A DNA stretch of 20,091 nucleotides, taken from an uncultured bacterium. Lineage in GTDB: Bacteria; Chloroflexota; UBA5177; JANWHV01. Position 1 is the stretch's first letter. Each line of letters opens with the position of its first letter. The notes under the pieces are model-generated. The model worked only from the letters and a program-made list of their open reading frames with translations, made no database searches and was not told the DNA's origin. Shown here one piece after another: positions 7,964 to 17,179 of this stretch. Location of the stretch: positions 1-20,091 of the forward strand of contig CAVSOU010000019.1 in assembly GCA_963729625.1 (NCBI GenBank), read 5' to 3'. The position numbers and the translations under genes were made by a program.

Positions 7964-8830
7964 ATGAGCGCGGCGGACAAGCTTAGGCAGGCGATCGCCA
8001 TCGCCGACGAGAAGGCAGAAACCGGCGGGCGATGGTATACGCGGTGCGTCCAGCTCAGAGCGCTGGTTGCTCTCATCCCGGGACTTGGCGGATCGATTGA
8101 CGCCGCCCTGTCGACCGTTGGAGGCAACGCCAATGAGGCCCAGACTCGCATTTGGATGGACCAAGTTGCAGCTGAGCTGGGGCGGCAATCGGAACGCATC
8201 ATCGTCGTAGAAGGTAGGCCTGACAACGAGGCGTTCCTGAGTTCAGAAGCCGGCCAGCAACTACTCGCAGCAGCGGTGCAAGAGAATGAACGATGGCGGT
8301 CAGCGGTCGCCTACCCAGGTGCCGCACCGCTCGATGCCCAAATATTGGCTGCGTGTTGCAGCATCTTAGTCCAGACGGGCCAGAGCCTCATTATGGTGGA
8401 GGCTTTGAGGACACTTCCAGAGATCTCCGGCATCGCTGACGAGGATCTGGCCATGTCACTGCACATGCTCGAACGCTACGGACTGATCACGGAGGCAACA
8501 CCAAGGCTACCTGAATTCGGCTGGTTCAAGCTGACTCCCGAGGGTTTCAACCACTATGCTGCTGTAGCAATGCCAGGCTACCGCGAGCTGCGTGGGCGCG
8601 TGGTTCGCGCGATCCTGGCGCATCGAGCCGACATTGGCGTGCGGCCATTCGGCAGCCTTACCAGCGCGACCATCGCGGACGAGCTAGGCGATACGGAGGT
8701 TCGTGTGCGCATGGTGCTGTTCTGGCTCCGGCAGCAGGACTACATTGGGATGGGTACCCCGCTTGGGCCGGTTGAAGAGTGGGTAACCAGAGTCGACCCA
8801 GCCCTAGCGCGGATAGCTGCGTCCCTGTGA
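7964..8830 (+). CDS. Hypothetical protein with probable tandem winged-helix-like segments
   Basis: 288-aa ORF with SD AGAGGA and protein-like composition. DEDLAMSLHMLERYGLI...WFKLTPEG and LTSATIADELGDTEVRVRMVLFWLRQQDYI resemble winged HTH segments. Confidence 0.7.
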   Translation: MSAADKLRQAIAIADEKAETGGRWYTRCVQLRALVALIPGLGGSIDAALSTVGGNANEAQTRIWMDQVAAELGRQSERIIVVEGRPDNEAFLSSEAGQQLLAAAVQENERWRSAVAYPGAAPLDAQILAACCSILVQTGQSLIMVEALRTLPEISGIADEDLAMSLHMLERYGLITEATPRLPEFGWFKLTPEGFNHYAAVAMPGYRELRGRVVRAILAHRADIGVRPFGSLTSATIADELGDTEVRVRMVLFWLRQQDYIGMGTPLGPVEEWVTRVDPALARIAASL

Positions 8831-9110
8831 TGCCCGAAATCTGCCCGTCTAGTTCGTCCCGTCCAGGTTTGGCTCCTGGTAGCTCTGAGGCGTTGTCCTA
8901 GTGTCGTGCTCGGCACACGCTGCGGCGCCGCCAGCGCGACGGGGGATCTTGCTGCCGTATGTTCATGCGCTATCGACGCGGATGTTCCGGGGATGCAACG
9001 CGCCCGTGTCTGTCATCTGCTAGTCAGAATCGCTGAGCCTGGTATGGGCGCAAGGCTTACGCGGGTACCATTGATGTTACGAAAGCGATGCTGTACTCGA
9101 CAGCGCCGAC

Positions 9111-9995
9111 TCAATGATCCGGCAAGGTTAGGCTCTCAAGATCACGCGGGTAATAAGTGAGATACTCGACTCCGTCAACGGTGACTGCTACCGTGTCCGA
9201 ATGCCGGAAGCCGCCAAGGCCTGGCACGTATAGCCCTGGCTCAACCGTGAAGACCATGCCGGGCACTATCTCAGTATGATCGCCTAGGTCCAGGAATGGC
9301 GCCTCATGATAGCGCAGACCGATGGCATGCCCGCTGTGGTGTTTCCAGTACTCCATAAGACCGTGCACTTCAAAATAATCCTGTACTGCCCTGTCCACGT
9401 CGCTGCAGCGCGCACCAGGCCGGATCGCGCCGAATGCCACCTCCTGCATCGCTTTCATGTGCTCAAACAGGCGGCGCTGCTCCGCAGTCGGAGTGCCGAT
9501 TACCATGGTGCGTTCCAGCTCAGAGTGGTAGCCCCACATCGGCGCCCCAGCGCCGCTTACGAGCGCATCGCCCGGCTGGAACGTTATGTTATTGGCCAGC
9601 CTATGCGGGATCGCTGCGTTGCGCCCGATCTGGCTGCGATAGCCGGCCGTGGCGCCCGCGTCGTGTGTGCTCTGCCCCCGGTACAGTTGGCCAAGCGTGT
9701 CCAGCATGGCTAACGTCGCCTCAGTGCCGGCGTGCAGGGCGACGACTGTCTCCGATTCGCCCACGCGTGTATAGCGCTGCAACAACCGATGCGCGAAGTT
9801 GCCCCAGCGAGCGCTCTCGCGGATGAGCGCCAGCTCGGCTGCGCTCTTGATCGCCATTCTGTCCTCGACAAAGGCGGCGATCGTGGTCACTCGGCCACCA
9901 ATGATCTCACTAAGCGCAGGACCCCGGTAACCGAACTGCCACGGATAGCCATCGGAGTCAACGCCCAGGTCCGTTCCGCAACCCAGCTCACGTGC
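9111..9995 (-). pseudogene. M24 (Xaa-Pro peptidase/creatinase-fold) protein, 5'-truncated
   Basis: Motifs IKSAAELALIRESA, PH......FQPGD, GYHSELERT, GHAIGLRYHEAP and GMVFTVEPGLYVPGLGGFRHSDTV. Family-like sequence fades upstream of ~9995 with no good start; the ORF extension overlaps the next gene. Confidence 0.8.
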
Positions 9996-10078
9996 GTATG
10001 CCCGTTGCCGGCAGTCGACGCGTCGAGATTGGCGCGCCGTCGCAGGGTCCTCGGCAGCCGCGAGGACGGAAAGCGGCG

Positions 10079-10615
10079 CTACGATCCGTCCTCCCAGGCG
10101 GCCGGGTCCAGCCGTGAACGAAGATCCCTGATGAACGCCTCCCGGTCGTCGACGTTGATCACCAGCTCGCGCACCTTCCAGACAGGCAGCAAGTGAAACA
10201 CGCGGAATCGCTGCGGCCGGCACAGCCGGATTTCGACCAGGTTCGTAGGCCACAGCACCAGAAACAGGGCATGACGATAGAGACGGAAGGGAAACTCCGT
10301 CGGCTTGCGATCCGTGGCATGGACCGAGGCGATATTCCGATAGTCGATTGAACCCCGGAAGTACAGTCCCAAGCTGAGAACGGCCCGGTGCTTCTGCAGC
10401 TCATGGTGGGTGAGCCAGGGGCTGCCGAAAAGCGCCGCCAAGGCTACCATTCCAACAAGATGCTGGCGCACGCTCTCTCCCTTGGGCAGCCGGCCGCCTC
10501 GCCATGCCAGAACGAGTCCCGAGAGCGGCTGCAGGAGGAGCGCGACGGTCAGCGCGCCCCAACCTCGTGTAGCGGCGGGTGCGCGGTGATAGCTGTAGCG
10601 TACGATGTCAGCCAT
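10079..10615 (-). CDS. Membrane protein with two N-terminal hydrophobic helices and a PH-like C-terminal domain
   Basis: Hydrophobic segments followed by IDYRNIASVH...LVEIRL.RP.RFR...VRELVINVDDREAFIRDL. Start overlaps the anti-sigma stop (ATGGCTGA); alternative ATG at 10624. Confidence 0.65.
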   Translation of the reverse strand: MADIVRYSYHRAPAATRGWGALTVALLLQPLSGLVLAWRGGRLPKGESVRQHLVGMVALAALFGSPWLTHHELQKHRAVLSLGLYFRGSIDYRNIASVHATDRKPTEFPFRLYRHALFLVLWPTNLVEIRLCRPQRFRVFHLLPVWKVRELVINVDDREAFIRDLRSRLDPAAWEDGS

Positions 10616-11091
10616 GATGTGCATTCTCTTTCCGTGGATCCGCGCCACTCAGCCATGCGTACTCCTGCAAGGCGCGCACGTCGCGCAGCATCTCGACGAA
10701 GAGGCCGGTTAGCGCGAAAAGCAGCAGGATGGCGCTGAAGTGTCCGCACCAGCCTGAACCACAACGGATACGCGGTGCGCCAAATAAGCAGAAGGTCCAG
10801 CAGCAGATCGTGCAACACCATGACGTAGAGCACGACCGCACCGCCTTGCAGGCCGCTGCGCGCAGTCTGGCGGCGTAGGCGTCGGCGCAGCTCTCGTCGC
10901 AGGTCCGGTGCCTGCGGTACAGCGGCCAACGAGCTGAGCGCGGCGTCGGCGGAACCGAGCTCGGCGAGCTCCTGCCTGCAACTGGCGCAGCTTGCCACGT
11001 GCGATTCGACGAGGCGATGCTGCGCTTCGTCCAGCTCCCCGTCCAGATAGGCGGACAGCAGAGGACCGGCTACACCATGCGGATCGCTCAT
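10608..11091 (-). CDS. Zinc-finger (zf-HC2/ZAS) anti-sigma factor, frameshifted near 10740
   Basis: LLSAYLDGEL...HVASCASC (HxxxCxxC) followed by a hydrophobic helix; a second helix FSAILLLFALTGLFVEML lies in another frame ending at TGA 10608. Coupled to the ECF gene. Confidence 0.85.
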
Positions 11092-11735
11092 CATGTTCCA
11101 CCCTTCTGCAACTGTGTATAGGCATCTCGAAAGGCCTGACGGGCTCGGTGCACGAGTGACGTGACCGCCTCCACGGCGATGCCCAGGACCTCGGCAAGCT
11201 CGGCGTACGTGAGATCGTGGAACTGGCGTAGCACAAGGACCTGCCGGTAGCGCGCCGGTAGTACGTCCAGCGCCATCCGCACATCTCGTTGTTGTTCGCG
11301 TCCAAGCTGTCTCTCGACTGGATCGTCACTCTTGGCAACGCATGGCGAATCCTCCAGCCTGGCGTCGTCCAGCGCGACCAGGGGTCGTCGTGAAGCCATG
11401 CGGTGCGCATCGATGCACGTGGTCGTCGCGATGCGGTAAATCCAGGTGCGGAAACCTGCATCGACATGGACGCGATTGAGGTGCAGGAACACCTTGAGAA
11501 AGACGTCTTGCGTGAGCTCCTCGGCGATGGCAGCGCCGCCGACGCTGCGGTAGACATAGCCGAAGATGGGCTGCCGATAGCGCGCGAAGAGCTGATCGAA
11601 GGCGTGCACGTCGCCTAGCCTGAAGGCCTCGACGAGCGTCTCGTCGGTTAGATCGCCGGCGGAGGCTTCCTCAGTTCTGTGCGATGTCCATGCGGGAAGG
11701 TCGGCCCCGAGCCACACGACTTCGATTCCTCTCAT
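11091..11735 (-). CDS. ECF-type RNA polymerase sigma-70 factor
   Basis: Region 2 GDVHAFDQLFARY...AEELTQDVFLK...FRTWIYRIA; region 4 LPARYRQVLVLR....TYAELAEVLGI....VTSLVHRAR. The true start may be GTG 11717 after AGAGGA. Confidence 0.93.
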   Translation of the reverse strand: MRGIEVVWLGADLPAWTSHRTEEASAGDLTDETLVEAFRLGDVHAFDQLFARYRQPIFGYVYRSVGGAAIAEELTQDVFLKVFLHLNRVHVDAGFRTWIYRIATTTCIDAHRMASRRPLVALDDARLEDSPCVAKSDDPVERQLGREQQRDVRMALDVLPARYRQVLVLRQFHDLTYAELAEVLGIAVEAVTSLVHRARQAFRDAYTQLQKGGT

Positions 11736-11757
11736 TGCTTGACGCCACTATAGGGTG

Positions 11758-11784
11758 TAACGCCGCCGGCGCCAAAACCTTTCG
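11758..11784 (-). promoter_or_regulatory. Candidate ECF-dependent (autoregulatory) promoter
   Basis: Minus strand CGAAAG-N16-CGTTA just upstream of the ECF gene, similar in layout to SigW-type TGAAAC-N16-CGTA. Confidence 0.35.
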
Positions 11785-11942
11785 CGACCTGGCGAGAATC
11801 CTCGGTCGCATTGTTTCACCGCCATGCAGATGGAGCGAACGAGGGCAACTGCGGGGTTGTCCGCGCGCTTGGCTCGAATGATGACGAGCGAGACAGCTGA
11901 GCCACTCGGGCAACGAGGTGGCGCATACGGCAAGTCTGGCTG

Positions 11943-12869
11943 ACCACGCTGACGCGTCTTGTCGCGCGTGTACGTGACTGGGTTGCCGAGCGCCTCTGGA
12001 GAAAGCTCGCAACCTTGCCTGATGCGGCACAGCAGATCCGCCTCGAACACCTGCTTGTCATAGCCGCAGACGCGCGCGTGACTCCTTTGGAACTGCTCCG
12101 CCGATCACCCACACATACCACGGCCGCGGGCCTGCTCGGCGCGCTCCAACGGCTCGGGGCGATCCGTGCGCTTGGCGTGGGTAACCTGGATCTCACCGGC
12201 ATCCCACCCAGCCGAATCGCGGTTTTGTCGCGCTATGCCGCTGCGGCTTGGGCCGCGTCGATCGCCCGCATGCCCAGTGACCGGCGCGTTGCGACCCTGC
12301 TGGCCTGGGCACGCGCGTTCGAGGCACGTGCTCAGGACGATGCCCTCGACGTATTTGACGCCGTCGTGTCGACCCTATTCGCGCGCGTGGAGCGTGCCGG
12401 TGAACAGGGTCGGTTGCGGACACTCCATGACCTGGATGCTGCTGCACTCGTCTTGCGTGATGCAACGCGCATGCTGCGCGACGAGACGATCCCAGTCGAG
12501 GGATTGCGTGCGTTGGCCGAGGAGCAACTCGGCGGCGCGGTCATGGATGCCGCCATGGTGACGGTCGGTGAACTCACGCGGCCGGACGACGACCACTATT
12601 ATGGGGATGTGTTGGGCCGGTACAGCATGGTGCGCCAGTTTCTGCCTACACTGCTCAAAACCATCACCTTCGACGGCACGACATCCAGCGCCGCGGTCCG
12701 CGGCGCAACCGACTATTTGCGCAAAATCGAGGGAGAGAAGAAGCCCGACCTGCTCGATGCACCCCTCGAAGCGGTCGCTCCCGCCTGGCGGCCCCTGGTG
12801 GTGACCACGCAGCCGACCTACGCCATCAGCCGGCGTGCGTACTCGTTTGCGGTGCTCGAGCAACTCCAG
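11943..12869 (+). mobile_element. tnpA: Tn3-family transposase internal fragment (N-terminal region), truncated at both ends
   Basis: TTLTRLVARVRD...RLW.KLA.LP, LDLTGIPPSRIAVLSRYA, RRVATLLA, AQDDALDVFD, YSMVRQFLPTLLKTITF, W..LV...ISRRAYSFAVLEQL. No DDE domain and no terminal repeat seen. Confidence 0.85.
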
Positions 12870-13446
12870 AGGTGGTCCTTCCTTGCGACGCGGCGTGGTC
12901 ACCTGCCTGCTCCAGGTGGCGCACTGCCGCGTCCGGAGCCCCCGCGCGCACGTAGTGGTAGGCCAGCACCTCAGGCTCGGCCGTGGGATCTTCCGCCAGG
13001 GCCTTCGCCACGCGCCGGTGCAGTGCCGCCCGACGGCCCGTGCCCAGGTCCGTCTCGATTGCTTCGCGCACCAGATCATGCGCGAACCGGTAGGCGTGCG
13101 CACCGTCCTCCACGAGCAGCCGCGCTCGGCCGGCTGTCTCCAGCGCGCTCAGAACCTCCTCCTCCGGCCGACCGGACACTAGCGTCAGCAGCCCGAGTGG
13201 CAGCCCGGCGCCCGGCCACTGCCGCTATGCCGAGCAGCGCTTGCGCCGCCGGCGGGAGCGCGGCCACGCGCTGGCGCACGCCCTGCGCGATGTCCCACGG
13301 CACCGCGGCGCTCGCCGGTCCCAGGCCCTGTGCGCGGAGACCCTGCGCACAGCTCGATCAGGAAGAAGGGCACCCCACCGGCGTGCTGCAAGAGCTGCTC
13401 GTGCAGGTTGCTCTCCCGGTCGTCCACGCCAGCCAGGAGTGCGTCG
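12870..13446 (-). pseudogene. Internal fragment of a STAND/AAA-ATPase-type large regulator
   Basis: Across three frames: AGGVPFFLIEL, VPWDIAQGVRQRVAALP, LLGIAAVAGR, YRFAHDLVREAI, RRAALHRRVA.AL and LAYHY..AG. Bounded by the Tn3 fragment and the IS3 left end. Confidence 0.8.
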
Positions 13447-13511
13447 TGGACCTGCCCCGGTTGAGGGGACACCGGTACGCTTGGTGTTGAACCATCTGAG
13501 GAGGTGTCCAA

Positions 13512-13814
13512 ATGCCGAAGAGTCACGCGCCGTATCCGCCGGAGTTCCGCGCCGAGGCGATTCGTCTGGTGCGGAGTAGCGGCAAGTCCAGTGCCGAGAT
13601 TGCCCGCCGTCTGGAGGTCTCGACGGAGACGCTGCGCTTGTGGGTGCGGCAAGCCGATATTGACGAAGGTCGTCGCCACGATGGGCTGACGACGGAGGAG
13701 ACGGAGGAGGTGCGTCGTCTGCGGAGAGAAGTGAAGACACTCCGGGAAGAGCGGGAGATCCTGCTAAAAGCCGCGGCCTTCTTCGCGACGGAGACCGCGC
13801 AGACCTGGCGATGA
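13512..13814 (+). CDS. IS3-family transposase OrfA
   Basis: YPPEFRAEAIRLV, IARRLEVSTETLRLWVRQ, LRRE...LREEREILLKAAAFFA; SD GGAGG upstream. Confidence 0.92.
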   Translation: MPKSHAPYPPEFRAEAIRLVRSSGKSSAEIARRLEVSTETLRLWVRQADIDEGRRHDGLTTEETEEVRRLRREVKTLREEREILLKAAAFFATETAQTWR

Positions 13815-14135
13815 GGTTTGCGTTTGTGACGCGAGAGAAGGCCAACCATACCGTCGTCATGCTGTGCCGCGTGCTGGATGTCTCCCCCAGTGGGTACTAT
13901 GCATGGCGCGTGCGCGTACCCTCGGCGCATGCCCAACAGGACCAGGTGCTGACGGCCCACATTCAGGCGTTCCATCAGCAGAGTCGGCAGACGTATGGGG
14001 CGCCGCGCATTCATGCCGACTTGCGGGGCATGGGCGTGCCGTGTGGCCGCAAGCGCGTGGCGCGGCTGATGCGCAGGGCCAGGCTGGTGGGCTGCCATCG
14101 CCGGAAGTTCACCGTCACCACCCGACGTGAACCGA
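13811..14135 (+). pseudogene. IS3-family transposase OrfB, N-terminal part only
   Basis: LCRVLDVSPSGYYAW, SRQTYGAPRIHADL, RKRVARLMR...TVTT. The ORF then reads into unrelated DNA to 14368. Confidence 0.85.
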
Positions 14136-14473
14136 TGATAGATCAGGTCCGGCAACGAGCTCCTGCGCTATGGCTGCATTACCATTTAATCGGCTGCACG
14201 GCACCAGAAATGCCATCAGTGTGCGGTGCCGCAGAGTCTATTAGCCTTGCGGCAGAGGGCTGCACACACCACCGATACTCCTCCGGCAGGGATAGCCCGG
14301 CCGGAGGAGCCGGAACGCGACCATATCTCACTCAGACTGGCTGCCCGCGAGTGATTCTGAACACATAGGCATGGTCGCAGGGCCGCTCGTTCGGTGTCTC
14401 AATAGTCAACCCTTCCGGGCTCAGGCTCCAGACAAGCGCGCTCTCAATACTCGCCTGGATTGGGGAACTGCAA

Positions 14474-14494
14474 CTCGTCGCGCCACGCGACGAG
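14474..14494 (-). terminator. Perfect 9-bp hairpin downstream of the sugar cluster, possible terminator
   Basis: CTCGTCGCG-CCA-CGCGACGAG about 60 nt past the stop at 14557; no long U tract. Confidence 0.35.
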
Positions 14495-14556
14495 ACCTCG
14501 TGCCGCCCCCAGAGCAGTGAAGTTCACCAACTCCTGCCGCTCTTCGAGACGGTCGA

Positions 14557-14697
14557 TCAGGCCATGATGGGCACTTTGTCCCCTGTGACGGCGAACTGCA
14601 AAGGCTCACCGCGGCTCCAGCGCTTGATTTCTTCCACCATGGCATCACCTTGGCGGCGCAGCGTCGTCAGCGAACGGCCGGCCACGTGAGGGGTCAG
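14557..14697 (-). pseudogene. C-terminal tail of a D-isomer-specific 2-hydroxyacid dehydrogenase-like protein
   Basis: LTPHVAG followed by RRQGDAMVEEIKRWSRGEPLQFAVT...MA is the typical TPHxAG C-terminus of this family. Confidence 0.7.
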
Positions 14698-15708
14698 CGA
14701 CGTCAGCAGATCGTACAGGCCTTGCGGAAAGATCTCCCAGTCGGCAGCCGTGACACGTTCCGCATTTCGCCGGTTGCGCGTTGGAAAGCCGGATGCGCCG
14801 GAGGGATCCTGGCAGACCGCTCTGCTGTAGTAGTTGACACCGAGAAAGTCGATCGGCGCGGCGATAGTCTCCATGTCGCCCGAACGTATCTCGGGCACGT
14901 CGTCGGCGTACGCCTGCCAGGCCGCCTGTGGATAGCCACGCCCCACGAGCGGATCGAGGAACCAGCTATTGTTCCGCTCTTGATAAAGCTGTGTTGCTGC
15001 CAGATCGGCAGGGCTCTCCGTGGCAGGGTAAGCCGGGCTGAAGTTGAGAACGATACCGACCTCGGCCTCTGCACAGCGCTCCCGGATGACTGGTACCGCC
15101 CGGCCGTGCGACAGCAGTACGTGGTGCGCCACCCGCAGCGCCAGAGCGCGATCCTTCAGCCCGGGCGCCAGCTCACCGAGCTCGTGCCCCATCAAGGACG
15201 TGCATATCGGCTCGTTGTGGGTCATCCAGTGCTTAACCCTGTCTCCCAGGCGGGAGACGGTCACGTCGACGTACCGTGCATAGGCATCGACGGTAGCGCG
15301 ATCGGCCCAGCCGCCGCGATCTTGCAGCGCCTGTGGCAGGTCCCAATGGTACAGGGTGGCGTACGGCTGGATGTTCGCTGCGAGCAGCCCATCGACAAGC
15401 CGGTCATAATAGTCCAGTCCGGCAGGGCACACAGCGCCGGAGCCGTCCGGGATGATACGGGGCCATGCCGTCGAGAACCGATAGGCAGTGAGCCCGAGCT
15501 CGCGCATCGCGGCTATGTCTTCCGCGTAGCGATGGTAGGAATCGCACGCCGGCTCGCCTGTTTCACCGGTCACGATCTTTCCCGGGGTCGCGGCAAAACG
15601 ATCCCAGATAGACTCGCCCTTGCCGTCCTCGCGGACGGCGCCTTCAATCTGAAACGATGCGGTAGCGGCTCCCCAAACAAAGCCCCTGGGAAACGGCAAC
15701 GTCGCCAT
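14557..15708 (-). CDS. GH1 beta-glucosidase, C-terminally truncated and fused in frame to the dehydrogenase tail
   Basis: FVWGAATASFQIEGA, YRFSTAWPRI, TLYHWDLPQ, HNEP (acid/base), DFLGVNYY and WEIFPQGLYDLL are present; the nucleophile motif ITENG is absent. Confidence 0.9.
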   Translation of the reverse strand: MATLPFPRGFVWGAATASFQIEGAVREDGKGESIWDRFAATPGKIVTGETGEPACDSYHRYAEDIAAMRELGLTAYRFSTAWPRIIPDGSGAVCPAGLDYYDRLVDGLLAANIQPYATLYHWDLPQALQDRGGWADRATVDAYARYVDVTVSRLGDRVKHWMTHNEPICTSLMGHELGELAPGLKDRALALRVAHHVLLSHGRAVPVIRERCAEAEVGIVLNFSPAYPATESPADLAATQLYQERNNSWFLDPLVGRGYPQAAWQAYADDVPEIRSGDMETIAAPIDFLGVNYYSRAVCQDPSGASGFPTRNRRNAERVTAADWEIFPQGLYDLLTSLTPHVAGRSLTTLRRQGDAMVEEIKRWSRGEPLQFAVTGDKVPIMA

Positions 15709-15797
15709 ACAGTGTCTCACTTTCATCGTGTCCGCGATCGCCGCGCACGGCCGCTGCCGTCTTCGCCGAGCATCGCGCAACGCTAGACAATTCGCAT

Positions 15798-16250
15798 TCA
15801 GTCGTTTTCCAGCAGCTCCAGAATCAGCCCCAGTTTCGCGGCGCCGTCGCAGTAAGCATAGCGACCGCCCGTATAGTCACCGCTCTGGATGAGCGGCATG
15901 TCCTTCGCGGCCAGGTAGGCCAGCTTCTCCTGCATTCCGGCGACGCGGAAGGCGACGTGGTGGATGCTATCGCCGTGCTGTTCCAGCTGATCATGCCACG
16001 TGCTGGGCTCGCCAATCGGCTCGATGAGCTCCACCTGTACCGGGCCCATTTGAAAGAATGCCTGCCTGACTCGTGCCGTGGATAGCCGGCCGCGATACTG
16101 CGTGTGCGCTTTCGCGACTGGATCGGATGTTATGATCTCGGGCATCGGCAGGCCGAACGTGTCTGCCCAGCCGCGCGCCGTTGCCTCGACGTCCCGTACG
16201 ACGAGCCCTATTTGTACAATCGTGGTCGTACCCAGAGACTGTTCCGCCAT
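15798..16250 (-). CDS. VOC (glyoxalase/methylmalonyl-CoA epimerase-like) family protein
   Basis: QIGLVVRDVE, QVELIEP....STW...L..HG..IHHVAF, ILELLE; SD GGAG upstream. Confidence 0.9.
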   Translation of the reverse strand: MAEQSLGTTTIVQIGLVVRDVEATARGWADTFGLPMPEIITSDPVAKAHTQYRGRLSTARVRQAFFQMGPVQVELIEPIGEPSTWHDQLEQHGDSIHHVAFRVAGMQEKLAYLAAKDMPLIQSGDYTGGRYAYCDGAAKLGLILELLEND

Positions 16251-16333
16251 TACCAAACTCCTTGATCTATCGAGCTACTGATGAGTGAGTCGCATTGGCC
16301 CGCCCATGCCCTCCCTGCACGCCGCGCTCACAC

Positions 16334-17179
16334 TCACGCCACCCCCACAATCGCAACACCCGCCTGCCGCGCCACCGAGCGAACGTGCTGTGCGGCGGCC
16401 GAGTACTCCTCGGCGGAAGACAGGTGCTCGAGCATCAACGGCGTATCCGCATCAAGCTTGCCCAATTCCTGCAGGTAGACGCCATAGTCGAGGGCGCCGA
16501 GCCCTAGCCGCACCTCGTCGAGGTGCACGAGCCACTGGCTGTGTAGCGTGACGTCTTTAGCGTGGCAGCTCTTGATGTAGGGCCCAAGTTTGTCGAAACA
16601 CGCTCTGATCAGTCCAGCATTGTCGAAGAAACGCTGGGGGCTGCAGACCATGTTCACAGGATCCAGATGCACGGCAAATGCCTTGCGGTCGATGGCCGTG
16701 ATGAGCGCGAGGTACGACTCCGGCGAGTCAGGGTAGACCCAGGGCATGGTCTCCAAGCAGTAGTAGGTGCGCGAGGGTTTGACCGCGTCGATGATCCCTC
16801 GCACGGTGTCGACGATGAGGGCAAACGTGTCGGCCGTGAGATTGGCTGGATGCGGTCCATCCCACTGCTCGCCCAGCGAGCCCGCGATATTCACGCAGCA
16901 GCGAGCGCCGATGGCGTCAGCAACGGCCAGGCGCTCCACGCACAGTGCCGTGGCGGCCTCTCTGGTGCCAGTATCGGGGCTGATCGGGTTGCTCCAGGCG
17001 CCGACCTCGGCGATCACGATGTCTGCACTGGCTGCGGCCTGGGCGTACTCGGCGATCGCGTCGCCATCCTGCAGGTCGTCAACTGGACTGAGCGCGGCGC
17101 TGTAGCCGTGGCGATGCACCAGTGCCGCCCACTCCTGGGGACTGTTCCACTCACCAAACAGCGGACCGCCTAACCGCAT
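16334..17179 (-). CDS. Sugar phosphate isomerase/epimerase (xylose isomerase-like TIM barrel)
   Basis: IAEVGAWSNP, LETMPW, VHLDPVN, SCHAKD and LMLEH metal-ligand pattern; SD GAGAGGGGG upstream. Confidence 0.9.
   Translation of the reverse strand: MRLGGPLFGEWNSPQEWAALVHRHGYSAALSPVDDLQDGDAIAEYAQAAASADIVIAEVGAWSNPISPDTGTREAATALCVERLAVADAIGARCCVNIAGSLGEQWDGPHPANLTADTFALIVDTVRGIIDAVKPSRTYYCLETMPWVYPDSPESYLALITAIDRKAFAVHLDPVNMVCSPQRFFDNAGLIRACFDKLGPYIKSCHAKDVTLHSQWLVHLDEVRLGLGALDYGVYLQELGKLDADTPLMLEHLSSAEEYSAAAQHVRSVARQAGVAIVGVA

Larger units (their letters stand above)
13447..14135 (+). mobile_element. IS3-family element, 3'-truncated
   Basis: Left end TGGACCTGCCCCGGTTGAGGGGACAC; orfA/orfB ATGA overlap; candidate AAAAG slip site at 13766-13770. 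No DDE core and no right end. Confidence 0.88.

Noticed and set aside
7862-8188. Long N-terminal extension of TspO
   Set aside because: Mostly antisense to the 7964-8830 gene and not TspO-like.
10709-11557. 282-aa alternative-frame ORF
   Set aside because: Out-of-frame overlap with the sigma and anti-sigma genes; Arg/Ala-rich with no motifs.
12015-13490. 491-aa ORF as one protein
   Set aside because: After ~12870 it is read-through along the antisense strand of the STAND fragment.
14650-15786. 378-aa + strand ORF
   Set aside because: Antisense shadow of GH1, common in GC-rich DNA.
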